Shown here: piece by piece, positions 44,976 to 55,696 of the stretch
How the letters are laid out: the number at the start of each line of letters is the position of its first letter
Numbering within the stretch: position 1 is the stretch's first letter
From: Escherichia coli
GTDB lineage: Bacteria; Pseudomonadota; Gammaproteobacteria; Enterobacterales; Enterobacteriaceae
Strand: one strand, 5' to 3'
NCBI RefSeq assembly: GCF_003334255.1
Contig: NZ_QOWU01000016.1
DNA: 64,000 bases
Translations under genes and position numbers: made by a program
The notes under the pieces: generated by a model
What the model saw: the letters and a program-made list of their open reading frames with translations, nothing else
Told to the model about the DNA's origin: nothing
The model's database searches: none

Positions 44976-45674
44976 TTAAAATCTGGCGCTAACCCCCATC
45001 GTATACAGATAGTCGCTATTATTAGTGGTATTTTCTGCCTGAGTTAGCGCGGCATAGGCGGCAATATTTTGATTGAGCAACATATCAGCGCCTACGGTGA
45101 CATCCAGCCAGTTGCCGTTCTGGTTTGTCGCCGTCATCCGGCTCAGGCCTGATTGCGCCTTCCAGATATTCTCGCCAAATTGCTGGTTATAGCTGATTTG
45201 CGCCCAGGGTCGGAGATCGCCAAGCCGGGAGTCAACACGCCAGCCTAAGGTACTCACGCTGGCATGCCATAACGGATCGGTCAGCGTGGTAGTACTGTCG
45301 CCAAACTCGTTATACATCGAGGTGGTTGTGCCATCGTAATGTAATGCCGCGACCGGGCCGGTTGTAACCTGTTCATATAAAGGAAAATTCCAGCCCATAC
45401 TCATACTGCTGGTCACATCCACAGGGGTTTCTTCCGCCAGATTGACTTCCAGTCCCAGCGCCCTTTGGCTACTTTGAATACGTTGCGACAAAATATCGTT
45501 GTAATCAGGTTGATGATCACTATCCCAGGTGTAACGCTCTGTGGAAAGTCCGGGTTGCGTATCAACGATATATTCTTGTTGCCAGGCGTAAGCTGTGTTG
45601 AGAAAAAAGGCACTGATTACCACGCTCGCCAGCAGGCTTAGCTGCCAGCGACCACCGCTTTTTTTTATGATCAT
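44976..45674 (-). CDS. yhjY: putative outer-membrane beta-barrel protein (autotransporter beta-domain-like), 232 aa
   Basis: Signal peptide plus C-terminal aromatic residue (SARF); ATG at 45674 (ORF-track start 45680 is GTG). Confidence 0.8.
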   Translation of the reverse strand: MIIKKSGGRWQLSLLASVVISAFFLNTAYAWQQEYIVDTQPGLSTERYTWDSDHQPDYNDILSQRIQSSQRALGLEVNLAEETPVDVTSSMSMGWNFPLYEQVTTGPVAALHYDGTTTSMYNEFGDSTTTLTDPLWHASVSTLGWRVDSRLGDLRPWAQISYNQQFGENIWKAQSGLSRMTATNQNGNWLDVTVGADMLLNQNIAAYAALTQAENTTNNSDYLYTMGVSARF

Positions 45675-45831
45675 TAACACGACTCCAGGGAAGAGCCGAA
45701 TTCGGCAATATTATTGTCATTGTATGAAGGATATCGGGCATAGTAGCCCTGTATTAAATATTGACTTTTTCACCGATGCGTCAAGAAAAGCGGCTGAAAT
45801 TTTTACGATCGGGTACATAGCGAGGGAAAGT

Positions 45832-46395
45832 ATGGAACGTTGCGGCTGGGTGAGTCAGGACCCGCTTTATATTGCCTACCATGATAATGAGTGGGGCGTG
45901 CCTGAAACTGACAGTAAAAAACTGTTCGAAATGATCTGCCTTGAAGGGCAGCAGGCTGGATTATCGTGGATCACCGTCCTCAAAAAACGCGAAAACTATC
46001 GCGCCTGCTTTCATCAGTTCGATCCGGTGAAGGTCGCAGCAATGCAGGAAGAGGATGTCGAAAGACTGGTACAGGACGCCGGGATTATCCGCCATCGAGG
46101 GAAAATTCAGGCAATTATTGGTAATGCGCGGGCGTACCTGCAAATGGAACAGAACGGCGAACCGTTTGTCGACTTTGTCTGGTCGTTTGTAAATCATCAG
46201 CCACAGGTGACACAAGCCACAACGTTGAGCGAAATTCCCACATCTACGTCCGCCTCCGACGCCCTATCTAAGGCACTGAAAAAACGTGGTTTTAAGTTTG
46301 TCGGCACCACAATCTGTTACTCCTTTATGCAGGCATGTGGGCTGGTGAATGATCATGTGGTTGGCTGCTGTTGCTATCCGGGAAATAAACCATGA
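45832..46395 (+). CDS. tag: DNA-3-methyladenine glycosylase I (187 aa)
   Basis: Start at MERCGWVSQDPLYIAYHDNEWGVP (ATG 45832); C-terminal zinc-binding cysteines; the 266-aa ORF-track version is over-extended. Confidence 0.92.
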   Translation: MERCGWVSQDPLYIAYHDNEWGVPETDSKKLFEMICLEGQQAGLSWITVLKKRENYRACFHQFDPVKVAAMQEEDVERLVQDAGIIRHRGKIQAIIGNARAYLQMEQNGEPFVDFVWSFVNHQPQVTQATTLSEIPTSTSASDALSKALKKRGFKFVGTTICYSFMQACGLVNDHVVGCCCYPGNKP

Positions 46396-46832
46396 TTCGG
46401 GAAGCGCAACGTTCAGAACTCCCCGCGATCCTCGAACTGTGGCTGGAAAGTACAACCTGGGGGCATCCCTTTATAAAAGCGAATTACTGGCGTGACTGCA
46501 TTCCGCTGGTGCGGGATGCCTATCTTGCCAACGCGCAAAACTGGGTCTGGGAAGAAGACGGTAAGCTTCTCGGTTTTGTCAGCATTATGGAAGGCCGATT
46601 TCTGGCAGCGATGTTTGTCGCACCGAAGGCCGTCAGGCGCGGTATTGGTAAGGCGCTGATGCAGTATGTGCAGCAGCGCCATCCCCACCTGATGCTGGAG
46701 GTTTATCAAAAAAATCAACCGGCGATAAATTTTTACCAGGCACAGGGTTTTCACATTGTCGATTGCGCATGGCAGGATGAAACCCAACTACCCACATGGA
46801 TTATGAGCTGGCCGGTGGTTCAAACGCTGTAA
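46392..46832 (+). CDS. yiaC: GNAT-family N-acetyltransferase (146 aa)
   Basis: 146-aa ORF with 4-nt overlap to tag; acetyl-CoA binding motif RRGIGKALM. Confidence 0.88.
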   Translation: MIREAQRSELPAILELWLESTTWGHPFIKANYWRDCIPLVRDAYLANAQNWVWEEDGKLLGFVSIMEGRFLAAMFVAPKAVRRGIGKALMQYVQQRHPHLMLEVYQKNQPAINFYQAQGFHIVDCAWQDETQLPTWIMSWPVVQTL

Positions 46833-49134
46833 GTGTCAGTTCCGGACCGTTGTATTTTTCCAGCCATGCCAGCGCCGTATTACCCGCACAGCCATTCCCC
46901 AGCCGCGAGCTGGGGAGATCTTTGGTCAGCACGTTCACTGCGCCGTTTTTACAAATACCGTCAGCGGTTAAATCCAGATCCGGCCATGCCCCTTCGTGAA
47001 TGCAAATCACGCCAGGTTTAATTCCCTCGCTAATGACCGCTCCGGCAAGAATTTGCCCGCGTGCGTTCCACAACCGAACAGTATCGCCATCTTGTATGCC
47101 GCGCTCCTGGGCATCGTCAGGATGAATGGTGACAGGCTCACGATTTGCCACCGCGTACAATTCGCGCAGAGAACTGTAATTCAGCTGGCTGTGCAGGCGG
47201 TGCGCCGGATGGGCAGAAAGTACCTGCAACTGTTCTGGTTCGGCATTGCCCTGCCATTCGTCCGGCTCCAGCCACATTGGATGCCCAGGGCAATCCGGGT
47301 AACCGTAATCGGCAATACGCTGTGAGAAGATTTCAATCTTGCCGCTGGCGGTTTTTAACGGATGCGCCAGCGGATCGCGGCAAAAATCAGCGAAGCGAAT
47401 AAACCGCTCGCTGTCCGGGTTTTCCGGCATCTCAATTAACTGGTTGGCTTGCCAGAACTCAGCAAATGGCGGCAATTCAACCTGCTGGCTTGCCCCGCGC
47501 TGTCGGGCAACGTTATAAAACGTTTCCAGCCATTGCAGCTCACTTTTTCCTTCCGTAAAACGTGCATAACCGCCCTTCTCCCAGCGTTCACTTAACTCGG
47601 CAAAAACATCAAAATCATTACGCGCTTCATAGCGTGGCGGCACCACTTGCTTCATCGGCACCAGATGCTGATTACTGTAATCACCGGTCATGGTGAGATC
47701 ATTACGCTCAAAAGAGGTAGTCGCAGGCAGAACGATATCCGCGTGTTTTGCCGCCGCCGTCCAGAAGCATTCAGAGATCACCACCAGCTCCGGTTTTTGC
47801 CAGGCACGGATCAGGCGATTGGTATCCTGATGATGAGTAAAGTTGGCACCGCCCGCCCACCAGATAAAACGAATATCCGGGAAATGTCGGTTCATACCGT
47901 TGTGTTGATATGCGCCACCAGGGTTTTCCAGTGCTTCAACAATGCGGGCAACAGGGATTTTATCCACCGCATCGCAGCCACCCGGCAAGCTGCCCTGCAT
48001 GGAAGAGAGCACCGCAGAACGCCGCGTGGGGTTACCACCATTGGCAAAATGGTAAGAAAGACCAAAACCGCCGCCGGGTGTGCCGATTTGCCCCAACATT
48101 GCTGCCAGCGTGACGATCATCCAGTGTTTTTGCTCACCAAACTGTTGGCGCTGCATTCCCCAGCCTGCCATCAGCATGGTGGTATTTTGGTGGAAAATAG
48201 CCGCCAGCTCGCGGATTTTCGCTGCGCCAACACCACAAATCTCTGCTGCCCATTCGGCGGTTTTCGCTATTCCGTCACTCTCGCCCAGCAAATAAGAGGC
48301 GAAGACGGCATAACCTGTGGTGCAACGCGCCAGAAACGCTTCGTCGTGCCAACCATTTTCCACCAGCGTATGGGCGATCCCCAGCATCAGCGCAACATCG
48401 GTGCCCATGTGCGGTGCCACCCACTCCATTTTATCGCCAAAGAAATCGACGGTTTCCGATCGCATTGGATCAATGCAGATCAGCTTTTTCCCGCTGTCAC
48501 GCAGTGCAGAAAAGTAAGAAAGCCCCTGCTCATCGGATGCATTCCACGCAATTTTCAGCGTATTGAGTGGGTTAGCACTCCACAGCACCACGACATCGCT
48601 ATGTTCCAGCACCAGCGGCCAACTGGTCTGCTGTTGATAAACTTCACTACCACCCACGACATACGGCATGATCGCCTGTGCCGCGCCGGTCGAATAATCC
48701 CCCAGATGCCCGGTATAACCGCCTGCCAGCGCCATATAGCGTTGTAATAATGTCGAGGCCTTATGCAGCACGCCGTTTGAACGCCAGCCGTAGGAACCAG
48801 CAAAAATCGATGCCGGACCATAAGCCTCACGAATGCGTTTATGTTGTTGGTGAATAAGATCCAGCGCCTCATCCCAACTCACGCGAACAAATTCATCCTG
48901 CCCACGAATGCCTTGCGGGTTTTCCGGTGACGCAAGAAAGCCTTTTCGCACCATTGGAAATCGTACCCGCGTATTGCTGTGAACCTGGTCGCGAACCGCG
49001 CTCTGCAAGGAGTTTTCCATTCCTGTGGCTAACGCGCCACGCGAGCTAAACACGGTTTCGCCGTCGGTTTCAACCAGCATGGGCCCCCAATGGGCGGCAG
49101 TCAGAACGGAATATCGTGAGGATGAGTTGGCCAA
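46801..49134 (-). CDS. bisC: biotin sulfoxide reductase, molybdopterin (DMSO reductase family) enzyme, 777 aa
   Basis: 777-aa ORF recognised as BisC; first codon in the ORF track is TTG (49134-49132); 3' end overlaps the yiaC 3' end by 32 nt. Confidence 0.9.
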
Positions 49135-49286
49135 ACCGAAGACTCCTGAAAGGTTAGATGTATTGAGCAGTTAAATATTACTTACAAATTTCCGAGTATT
49201 CCCAGGAATAATCTTCATGTTCACGCGGCATAATCTCCCGCCACGGAACCCGTGGCAAAGAATAAAAAGGTTATTAAGGATTAACA

Positions 49287-49946
49287 ATGAAGAAACGTGT
49301 TTATCTTATTGCCGCCGTAGTGAGTGGCGCTCTGGCGGTATCTGGCTGCACAACTAACCCTTACACCGGCGAACGCGAAGCAGGTAAATCTGCTATCGGC
49401 GCAGGTCTGGGCTCTCTCGTGGGCGCGGGTATTGGTGCGCTCTCTTCTTCGAAGAAAGATCGCGGTAAAGGCGCGCTGATTGGCGCAGCAGCAGGCGCAG
49501 CTCTGGGCGGCGGCGTTGGTTATTACATGGATGTGCAGGAAGCGAAGCTGCGCGACAAAATGCGCGGCACTGGTGTTAGCGTAACCCGCAGCGGGGATAA
49601 CATTATCCTCAATATGCCGAACAATGTGACCTTCGACAGCAGCAGCGCGACCCTGAAACCGGCGGGCGCTAACACCCTGACCGGCGTGGCAATGGTACTG
49701 AAAGAGTATCCGAAAACGGCGGTTAACGTGATTGGTTATACCGACAGCACGGGTGGTCACGACCTGAACATGCGTCTCTCCCAGCAACGTGCGGATTCCG
49801 TTGCCAGCGCGTTGATCACCCAGGGCGTGGACGCCAGCCGCATCCGTACTCAGGGCCTTGGCCCGGCTAACCCAATCGCCAGCAACAGCACCGCAGAAGG
49901 TAAGGCGCAAAACCGCCGTGTAGAAATTACCTTAAGCCCGCTGTAA
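49287..49946 (+). CDS. yiaD: OmpA-domain outer-membrane lipoprotein (219 aa)
   Basis: Lipobox LAVSGC, glycine-zipper region, C-terminal OmpA-like peptidoglycan-binding domain. Confidence 0.9.
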   Translation: MKKRVYLIAAVVSGALAVSGCTTNPYTGEREAGKSAIGAGLGSLVGAGIGALSSSKKDRGKGALIGAAAGAALGGGVGYYMDVQEAKLRDKMRGTGVSVTRSGDNIILNMPNNVTFDSSSATLKPAGANTLTGVAMVLKEYPKTAVNVIGYTDSTGGHDLNMRLSQQRADSVASALITQGVDASRIRTQGLGPANPIASNSTAEGKAQNRRVEITLSPL

Positions 49947-50049
49947 TCCCTTTCATGCCAGGTGATGCAGAAATCACCTGGCATTCTTCAGTTTTCCTTC
50001 ATCATATTTCAGGCTAAGGTGATCGCCTTATCAGTGAATGGAGAGAAGC

Positions 50050-51024
50050 ATGAAGCCGTCCGTTATCCTCTACAAAGCCTTACCTGATGATTTACTGCAA
50101 CGCCTGCAAGAGCATTTCACCGTTCACCAGGTGGCAAACCTCAGCCCACAAACCGTCGAACAAAATGCAGCAATTTTTGCCGAAGCTGAAGGTTTACTGG
50201 GTTCAAACGAGAATGTAAATGCCGCATTGCTGGAAAAAATGCCGAAACTGCGTGCCACATCAACGATCTCCGTCGGCTATGACAATTTTGATGTCGATGC
50301 GCTTACCGCCCGAAAAATTCTGCTGATGCACACGCCAACCGTATTAACAGAAACCGTCGCCGATACGCTGATGGCGCTGGTGTTGTCTACCGCTCGTCGG
50401 GTTGTGGAGGTAGCAGAACGGGTAAAAGCAGGCGAATGGACCGCGAGCATAGGCCCGGACTGGTACGGCACTGACGTTCACCATAAAACACTGGGCATTG
50501 TCGGGATGGGACGGATCGGCATGGCGCTGGCACAACGTGCGCACTTTGGCTTCAACATGCCCATCCTCTATAACGCGCGCCGCCACCATAAAGAAGCAGA
50601 AGAACGCTTCAACGCCCGCTACTGCGATTTGGATACTCTGTTACAAGAGTCAGATTTCGTTTGCCTGATCCTGCCGTTAACTGATGAGACGCATCATCTG
50701 TTTGGTGCAGAACAATTCGCCAAAATGAAATCCTCCGCCATTTTCATTAATGCCGGACGTGGCCCGGTGGTTGACGAAAATGCACTGATCGCAGCATTGC
50801 AGAAAGGCGAAATTCACGCTGCCGGGCTGGATGTCTTCGAACAAGAGCCACTGTCCGTAGATTCGCCGTTGCTCTCAATGGCCAACGTCGTCGCAGTACC
50901 GCATATTGGATCTGCCACCCATGAGACGCGTTATGGCATGGCCGCCTGTGCCGTGGATAATTTGATTGATGCGTTACAAGGAAAGGTTGAGAAGAACTGT
51001 GTGAATCCGCACGTCGCGGACTAA
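50050..51024 (+). CDS. ghrB: glyoxylate/hydroxypyruvate reductase B, D-2-hydroxyacid dehydrogenase (324 aa)
   Basis: Start at MKPSVILYK (ATG 50050); NAD-binding GIVGMGRIG motif. Confidence 0.92.
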   Translation: MKPSVILYKALPDDLLQRLQEHFTVHQVANLSPQTVEQNAAIFAEAEGLLGSNENVNAALLEKMPKLRATSTISVGYDNFDVDALTARKILLMHTPTVLTETVADTLMALVLSTARRVVEVAERVKAGEWTASIGPDWYGTDVHHKTLGIVGMGRIGMALAQRAHFGFNMPILYNARRHHKEAEERFNARYCDLDTLLQESDFVCLILPLTDETHHLFGAEQFAKMKSSAIFINAGRGPVVDENALIAALQKGEIHAAGLDVFEQEPLSVDSPLLSMANVVAVPHIGSATHETRYGMAACAVDNLIDALQGKVEKNCVNPHVAD

Positions 51025-51073
51025 GCCGCGACTGCGTAGAGTAAAGCCCGATAATCGCTCGGGCTTTTACTCT

Positions 51074-51784
51074 TTATTGGGTTGCAGTAACTGCTGTAGT
51101 CCAGGCCTGATTAAACGCCTGATGCTGTGCCGGTAATGGCGCAATCAGTTTGTTATATTCACTTGCCTGCTGTGAAGTCGGGAACTGGATGCCATTTGCG
51201 ACAAAGCTCACCTGAGTACCTTGCTGAGCAATGTAGTCTCCAACCATCACCAGTTGTTGCGTGAAAGTTTGTGCCGCCGGAATCAACGGTTGCAATGCAT
51301 CAGCTGGCGTCGTTACCACTTTGGTGAATGCCTGATCAAAGACCGGTTTCAAATCATCGCTCTGTTTTAGCGCAGAGTGCGCAGCATCGGCCTGCAACTT
51401 CGCATTTTGCAGTTGTTGCGCCAGCACACCCAGCGAACCGTTCATTTCACGCAGCGGACCGCTTTGCGTAACGTAATCCTGCGGTACGCGAATTGCGTTA
51501 ACGCTGTCTACAACCGGGCGCAGACCGGAATCCATCGCCTGATTCACCTGCTGAGAATAACCATACAGAATCGCGTAATCAGAGACAAAAGGACCAAACT
51601 GTTTTTTCTGATCGGCAGTCAGGGTTGGTAGACGTTCACCGCTACGCATCACTGTATTCTGCAGGAAGTCGATAAACGCTTTACGCTGATCGCCTTCTTT
51701 ATCAAAACACCCACTCAGGCTAACTACCATTAATAACGCCGCAAGAGGCGCAAACCAGCGAGAGCAGGACTTTCCTGTCGCCAT
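51074..51784 (-). CDS. yiaF: lipoprotein YiaF (236 aa)
   Basis: Start at MATGKSCSRWFAPLAALLMVVSLSGC (ATG 51784) giving a lipobox; ORF-track start 51904 is over-extended. Confidence 0.85.
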   Translation of the reverse strand: MATGKSCSRWFAPLAALLMVVSLSGCFDKEGDQRKAFIDFLQNTVMRSGERLPTLTADQKKQFGPFVSDYAILYGYSQQVNQAMDSGLRPVVDSVNAIRVPQDYVTQSGPLREMNGSLGVLAQQLQNAKLQADAAHSALKQSDDLKPVFDQAFTKVVTTPADALQPLIPAAQTFTQQLVMVGDYIAQQGTQVSFVANGIQFPTSQQASEYNKLIAPLPAQHQAFNQAWTTAVTATQ

Positions 51785-52217
51785 TTTCTTACTCCTTTCA
51801 CCCAAAAAAAGCGCACAACGACACACGCGTGTCTGACGTGACAAGGATAGTCCAGGACAGGCTTGCAGGATACCCTTTCTACGTAATCTTCCTGGTAAAA
51901 TCATGGAGAAAATGAAACAAGGTTAATTTGTTGTTTCATTGTTAAAAAATGATAGTGCCGTTGCCTTTTTTGTAGCCAGAGATTTACGCCTTCGCAGAAG
52001 GTTAGATTTTCGAAATCTTTACAAAACAGGAGTGGTAAGAGATATATCGGCATTTATCAGATCGTTAGGTGGCTATAAGTCACGCTAAATGACAGGCTGA
52101 ATCGAATCATAGCCAGAGCATGCCCTGACTTCACCCCGCTGTGTCTGCTTTTCCCGACTATTCTTAATGAGCTTCGATGCAATTCACGATCCCGCAGTGT
52201 GATTTGAGGAGTTTTCA

Positions 52218-52508
52218 ATGGAATATAAAGATCCAATGCATGAGCTGTTGAGCAGCCTGGAACAGATTGTTTTTAAAGATGAAACGCAGAAAATTACCCT
52301 GACGCACAGAACAACGTCCTGTACCGAAATTGAGCAGTTACGAAAAGGGACAGGATTAAAAATCGATGATTTCGCCCGGGTTTTGGGCGTATCAGTCGCC
52401 ATGGTAAAGGAATGGGAATCCAGACGCGTGAAGCCTTCAAGTGCCGAACTAAAATTGATGCGTTTGATTCAAGCCAACCCGGCATTAAGTAAGCAGTTGA
52501 TGGAATAG
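52218..52508 (+). CDS. yiaG: XRE-family HTH transcriptional regulator (96 aa)
   Basis: 96-aa ORF with HTH (GLKIDDFARVLGVSVAMVKEWE). Confidence 0.85.
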   Translation: MEYKDPMHELLSSLEQIVFKDETQKITLTHRTTSCTEIEQLRKGTGLKIDDFARVLGVSVAMVKEWESRRVKPSSAELKLMRLIQANPALSKQLME

Positions 52509-52589
52509 ACTTTTATCCACTTTATTGCTGTTTACGGTCCTGATGACAGGACCGTTTTCCAACCGATTAATCATAAATATGAAAAATAA

Positions 52590-52788
52590 TTGTTGCATCA
52601 CCCGCCAATGCGTGGCTTAATGCACATCAACGGTTTGACGTACAGACCATTAAAGCAGTGTAGTAAGGCAAGTCCCTTCAAGAGTTATCGTTGATACCCC
52701 TCGTAGTGCACATTCCTTTAACGCTTCAAAATCTGTAAAGCACGCCATATCGCCGAAAGGCACACTTAATTATTAAAGGTAATACACT
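52590..52788 (+). promoter_or_regulatory. cspA promoter (AT-rich UP element, -35 ttgcat) and 159-nt 5' UTR with cold box
   Basis: Leader acggtttgacgtacagaccattaaagc starts about 159 nt upstream of ATG; cold box tgacgtacaga at 52636-52646. Confidence 0.75.
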
Positions 52789-53001
52789 ATGTCCGGTAAA
52801 ATGACTGGTATCGTAAAATGGTTCAACGCTGACAAAGGCTTCGGCTTCATCACTCCTGACGATGGCTCTAAAGATGTGTTCGTACACTTCTCTGCTATCC
52901 AGAACGATGGTTACAAATCTCTGGACGAAGGTCAGAAAGTGTCCTTCACCATCGAAAGCGGCGCTAAAGGCCCGGCAGCTGGTAACGTAACCAGCCTGTA
53001 A
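52789..53001 (+). CDS. cspA: major cold shock protein CspA (70 aa)
   Basis: [70 protein letters not shown]; RNP1/RNP2 motifs. Confidence 0.97.
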
Positions 53002-53028
53002 TCTCTGCTTAAAAGCACAGAATCTAAG

Positions 53029-53057
53029 ATCCCTGCCATTTGGCGGGGATTTTTTTA
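53029..53057 (+). terminator. cspA rho-independent terminator
   Basis: atccctgcc-attt-ggcggggat hairpin followed by a T7 run. Confidence 0.75.
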
Positions 53058-53187
53058 TTTGTTTTCAGGAAATAAATAATCGATCGCGTAATAAAATCTA
53101 TTATTATTTTTGTGAAGAATAAATTTGGGTGCAATGAGAATGCGCAACGCCGTAAGTAAGGCGGGAATAATTTCCCGCCGAAGACTC

Positions 53188-53340
53188 TTACTCTTTCAAT
53201 TTGCAGGCTAAAAACGCCGCCAGCTCATAACTCTCCTGTTTAATATGCAATTCACACAGTGAATCTCTTATCATCCAGGTGAAAAATAAAAGCGTGAAAC
53301 AAATCACTATTAAAGAAAGTAATCTATATTTCTGCGGCAT
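53188..53340 (-). CDS. hokA: Hok-family type I toxin HokA (50 aa)
   Basis: MPQKYRLLSLIVICFTLLFFTWMIRDSLCELHIKQESYELAAFLACKLKE from ATG 53340-53338. Confidence 0.85.
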   Translation of the reverse strand: MPQKYRLLSLIVICFTLLFFTWMIRDSLCELHIKQESYELAAFLACKLKE

Positions 53341-53442
53341 TCCCAGCCTCCTGTGTTGATTTCCAACGAGTGATTTATAGTCAGGTGGGGCTTTTCTCTG
53401 TCTGCCTTTCGGTGAATACCTGAGACAAACAGTCTCAAGCAC
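53188..53442 (-). CDS. mokA: mok-like overlapping reading frame (84 codons) in frame with hokA
   Basis: ORF starting MLETVCLRYSPKGRQRKAPPDYKSLVGNQHRRLG and ending at the hokA stop; functional status not determinable from sequence. Confidence 0.4.
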   Translation of the reverse strand: MLETVCLRYSPKGRQRKAPPDYKSLVGNQHRRLGMPQKYRLLSLIVICFTLLFFTWMIRDSLCELHIKQESYELAAFLACKLKE

Positions 53443-53470
53443 CCGTGGCTATTCTAGCTTAATAAGTTTG
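53400..53470 (+). ncRNA. sokA: expected Sok-type antisense RNA (sokA) opposite the mokA translation initiation region; boundaries not resolved
   Basis: Inferred from hok/sok locus architecture only; no unambiguous promoter or terminator identified by eye. Confidence 0.3.
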
Positions 53471-53570
53471 TTTCTTCTCCTTGATATAATCCTAAAAAAA
53501 TCTCATAAAATTAATATATGAGATAATCTTTATTCAGCAGAAGATTATTAAAGGTTGCTGTATTATTTAG

Positions 53571-53602
53571 CGATAAAAAAAGCCTGCCAGATGGCAGGCT
53601 AT
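53571..53602 (-). terminator. glyS rho-independent terminator
   Basis: Hairpin agcctgcc-agat-ggcaggct followed on the minus strand by a T7 run, 16 nt after the glyS stop. Confidence 0.7.
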
Positions 53603-53617
53603 TTAATAACGGCGTTA

Positions 53618-55687
53618 TTATTGCAACAGCGAAATATCCGCAACGCGCAGGAACAGTTCGCGCAGTTTCTCCAGCATGGTCAGACGGTTGATACGCAATT
53701 CTTTGTCATCAACCATGACCATCACTTTATCGAAGAAAGCATCAACCGGTTCACGCAGCTCAGCCAGTTCGACCAGCGCATCCTGGTAACGACCTTCCGT
53801 AAAGTACGGCTCCAGCTTGTCACGTAGCACCACAACCTGCATCGCCAGTTTAATTTCTTCCGGCTCTTTCAGGGTAGAGGCATTCACGCGGTCGCTCAGC
53901 ACTTCGTCAGATTTCGCCAGAATGTTAGATACACGTTTGTTCGCCGCCGCCAGTGCAGCAGCTGCATCCAGGGTACGGAAATGCGATACCGCTTTCATAC
54001 GGGCATCGAAATCAGCCGGACGAGTCGGACGACGCGCCAGTACCGCCTGGATGGTGTCAACGGTATAACCTTCGTCCTGATACCAGGCGCGGAAGCGACC
54101 GAGCATAAAGTCGATAACATCATCAACTACGTTGGCATTAGTCAGCTTATCGCCATACAGACGCACCGCTTCTTCGGTCAGCGTTTGCAGATCAAGGTTG
54201 AGGTTCTTCTCAACGATAATTCGCAGCACGCCAAGCGCGGCACGACGCAGCGCAAACGGGTCTTTGTCGCCTTTCGGATGCTGACCGATACCGAAGATAC
54301 CCGCCAGGGTATCCATCTTGTCAGCAATCGCCAGCGCACAAGCTACTGGGTTGGACGGCAGGTCATCACCAGCAAAACGCGGCTGATACTGCTCATTCAG
54401 CGCCACCGCGACATCTTCCGCTTCGCCATCGTGACGCGCATAGTGCATCCCCATAACGCCCTGGGTGTCGGTGAACTCGAAGACCATGTTGGTCATCAGG
54501 TCGCACTTAGACAGCAGACCCGCACGGGTAGCGTGGTTAACGTCAGCGCCAATCTGTTCAGCAATCCAGCCAGCCAGCGCCTGGATGCGGTCAGTTTTGT
54601 CGCGCAGCGTCCCCAACTGTTGCTGGAACAACACGGTTTGCAGGCGCGGCAGGTTATCTTCAAGACGTTTTTTACGGTCGGTGTTGAAGAAGAACTCGGC
54701 ATCCGCCAGACGCGGACGAACGACTTTCTCGTTACCGGAGATAATCTGCTGCGGATCTTTCGATTCGATGTTGGCAACGAAGATAAAGTTCGGCAGCAGT
54801 TTGCCGTCGTTCGCATACACCGGGAAGTATTTCTGGTCACCTTTCATGGTGTAAACCAGCGCTTCAGCCGGCACCGCGAGGAATTTCTCTTCGAATTTTG
54901 CGGTCAGAACGACCGGCCACTCCACCAGCGAAGCCACTTCTTCCAGCAGGCTTTCGCTTAAGTCAGCGTTACCGCCAATCTTACGCGCTGCTTCTTCGGC
55001 ATCGGCTTTAATCTTCGCCTTACGTTCTTCGTAATCGGCGATGACTTTCCCACGCTCACGCAGAATTTCCGGATACTGATCGGCGTTATCGATGGTGAAT
55101 TCCGGCTCGCCCATAAAGCGGTGGCCGCGAATCACGCGATCGGACTGAATGCCCAGAATGGTTGCCGGAATGACTTTGTCGCCCAGCAGCAGGGTCACGG
55201 TGTGCACCGGACGCACGAAGTGCACGTCGCTTGCGCCCCAACGCATCAGTTTCGGGATCGGCAGTTTCGCCAGAGAAGTCGCAACCATATTCGGCAGCAG
55301 TGCTTCGGTGCTTTCGCCCTTCACATGGGCGCGATACAGCAGCCATTCGCCTTTATCGGTAGTCAGACGCTCAGCCTGGTCAACGGTAATACCGCAACCA
55401 CGCGCCCAACCTTCTGCCGCTTTGCTCGGTTTGCCTTCAGCGTCGAACGCCTGGGCAATCGCCGGGCCGCGTTTTTCGATTTCACGATCCAGTTGCGCTT
55501 CCGCCAGGTTAGCTACTTTCAGCGCCAGACGACGCGGAGCAGCAAACCATTGAACGGTGCCGTGTGCGAGGCCAGCGTTATCCAGCTCCGCAGTAAAGTT
55601 CGCAGCAAAGGACTCAGCCAGGCTGCGCAGTGCTTTTGGTGGCAGCTCTTCAGTGCCGATTTCCACCAGAAAAGTTTTCTCAGACAT
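53618..55687 (-). CDS. glyS: glycine--tRNA ligase beta subunit (689 aa)
   Basis: 689-aa [34 protein letters not shown]... recognised as GlyS. Confidence 0.95.
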   Translation of the reverse strand: MSEKTFLVEIGTEELPPKALRSLAESFAANFTAELDNAGLAHGTVQWFAAPRRLALKVANLAEAQLDREIEKRGPAIAQAFDAEGKPSKAAEGWARGCGITVDQAERLTTDKGEWLLYRAHVKGESTEALLPNMVATSLAKLPIPKLMRWGASDVHFVRPVHTVTLLLGDKVIPATILGIQSDRVIRGHRFMGEPEFTIDNADQYPEILRERGKVIADYEERKAKIKADAEEAARKIGGNADLSESLLEEVASLVEWPVVLTAKFEEKFLAVPAEALVYTMKGDQKYFPVYANDGKLLPNFIFVANIESKDPQQIISGNEKVVRPRLADAEFFFNTDRKKRLEDNLPRLQTVLFQQQLGTLRDKTDRIQALAGWIAEQIGADVNHATRAGLLSKCDLMTNMVFEFTDTQGVMGMHYARHDGEAEDVAVALNEQYQPRFAGDDLPSNPVACALAIADKMDTLAGIFGIGQHPKGDKDPFALRRAALGVLRIIVEKNLNLDLQTLTEEAVRLYGDKLTNANVVDDVIDFMLGRFRAWYQDEGYTVDTIQAVLARRPTRPADFDARMKAVSHFRTLDAAAALAAANKRVSNILAKSDEVLSDRVNASTLKEPEEIKLAMQVVVLRDKLEPYFTEGRYQDALVELAELREPVDAFFDKVMVMVDDKELRINRLTMLEKLRELFLRVADISLLQ

Positions 55688-55696
55688 AGCCGCCTC

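Noticed and set aside
47647-48747. 366-aa plus-strand ORF inside bisC
   Set aside because: Antisense to the recognised molybdoenzyme BisC; no family resemblance.
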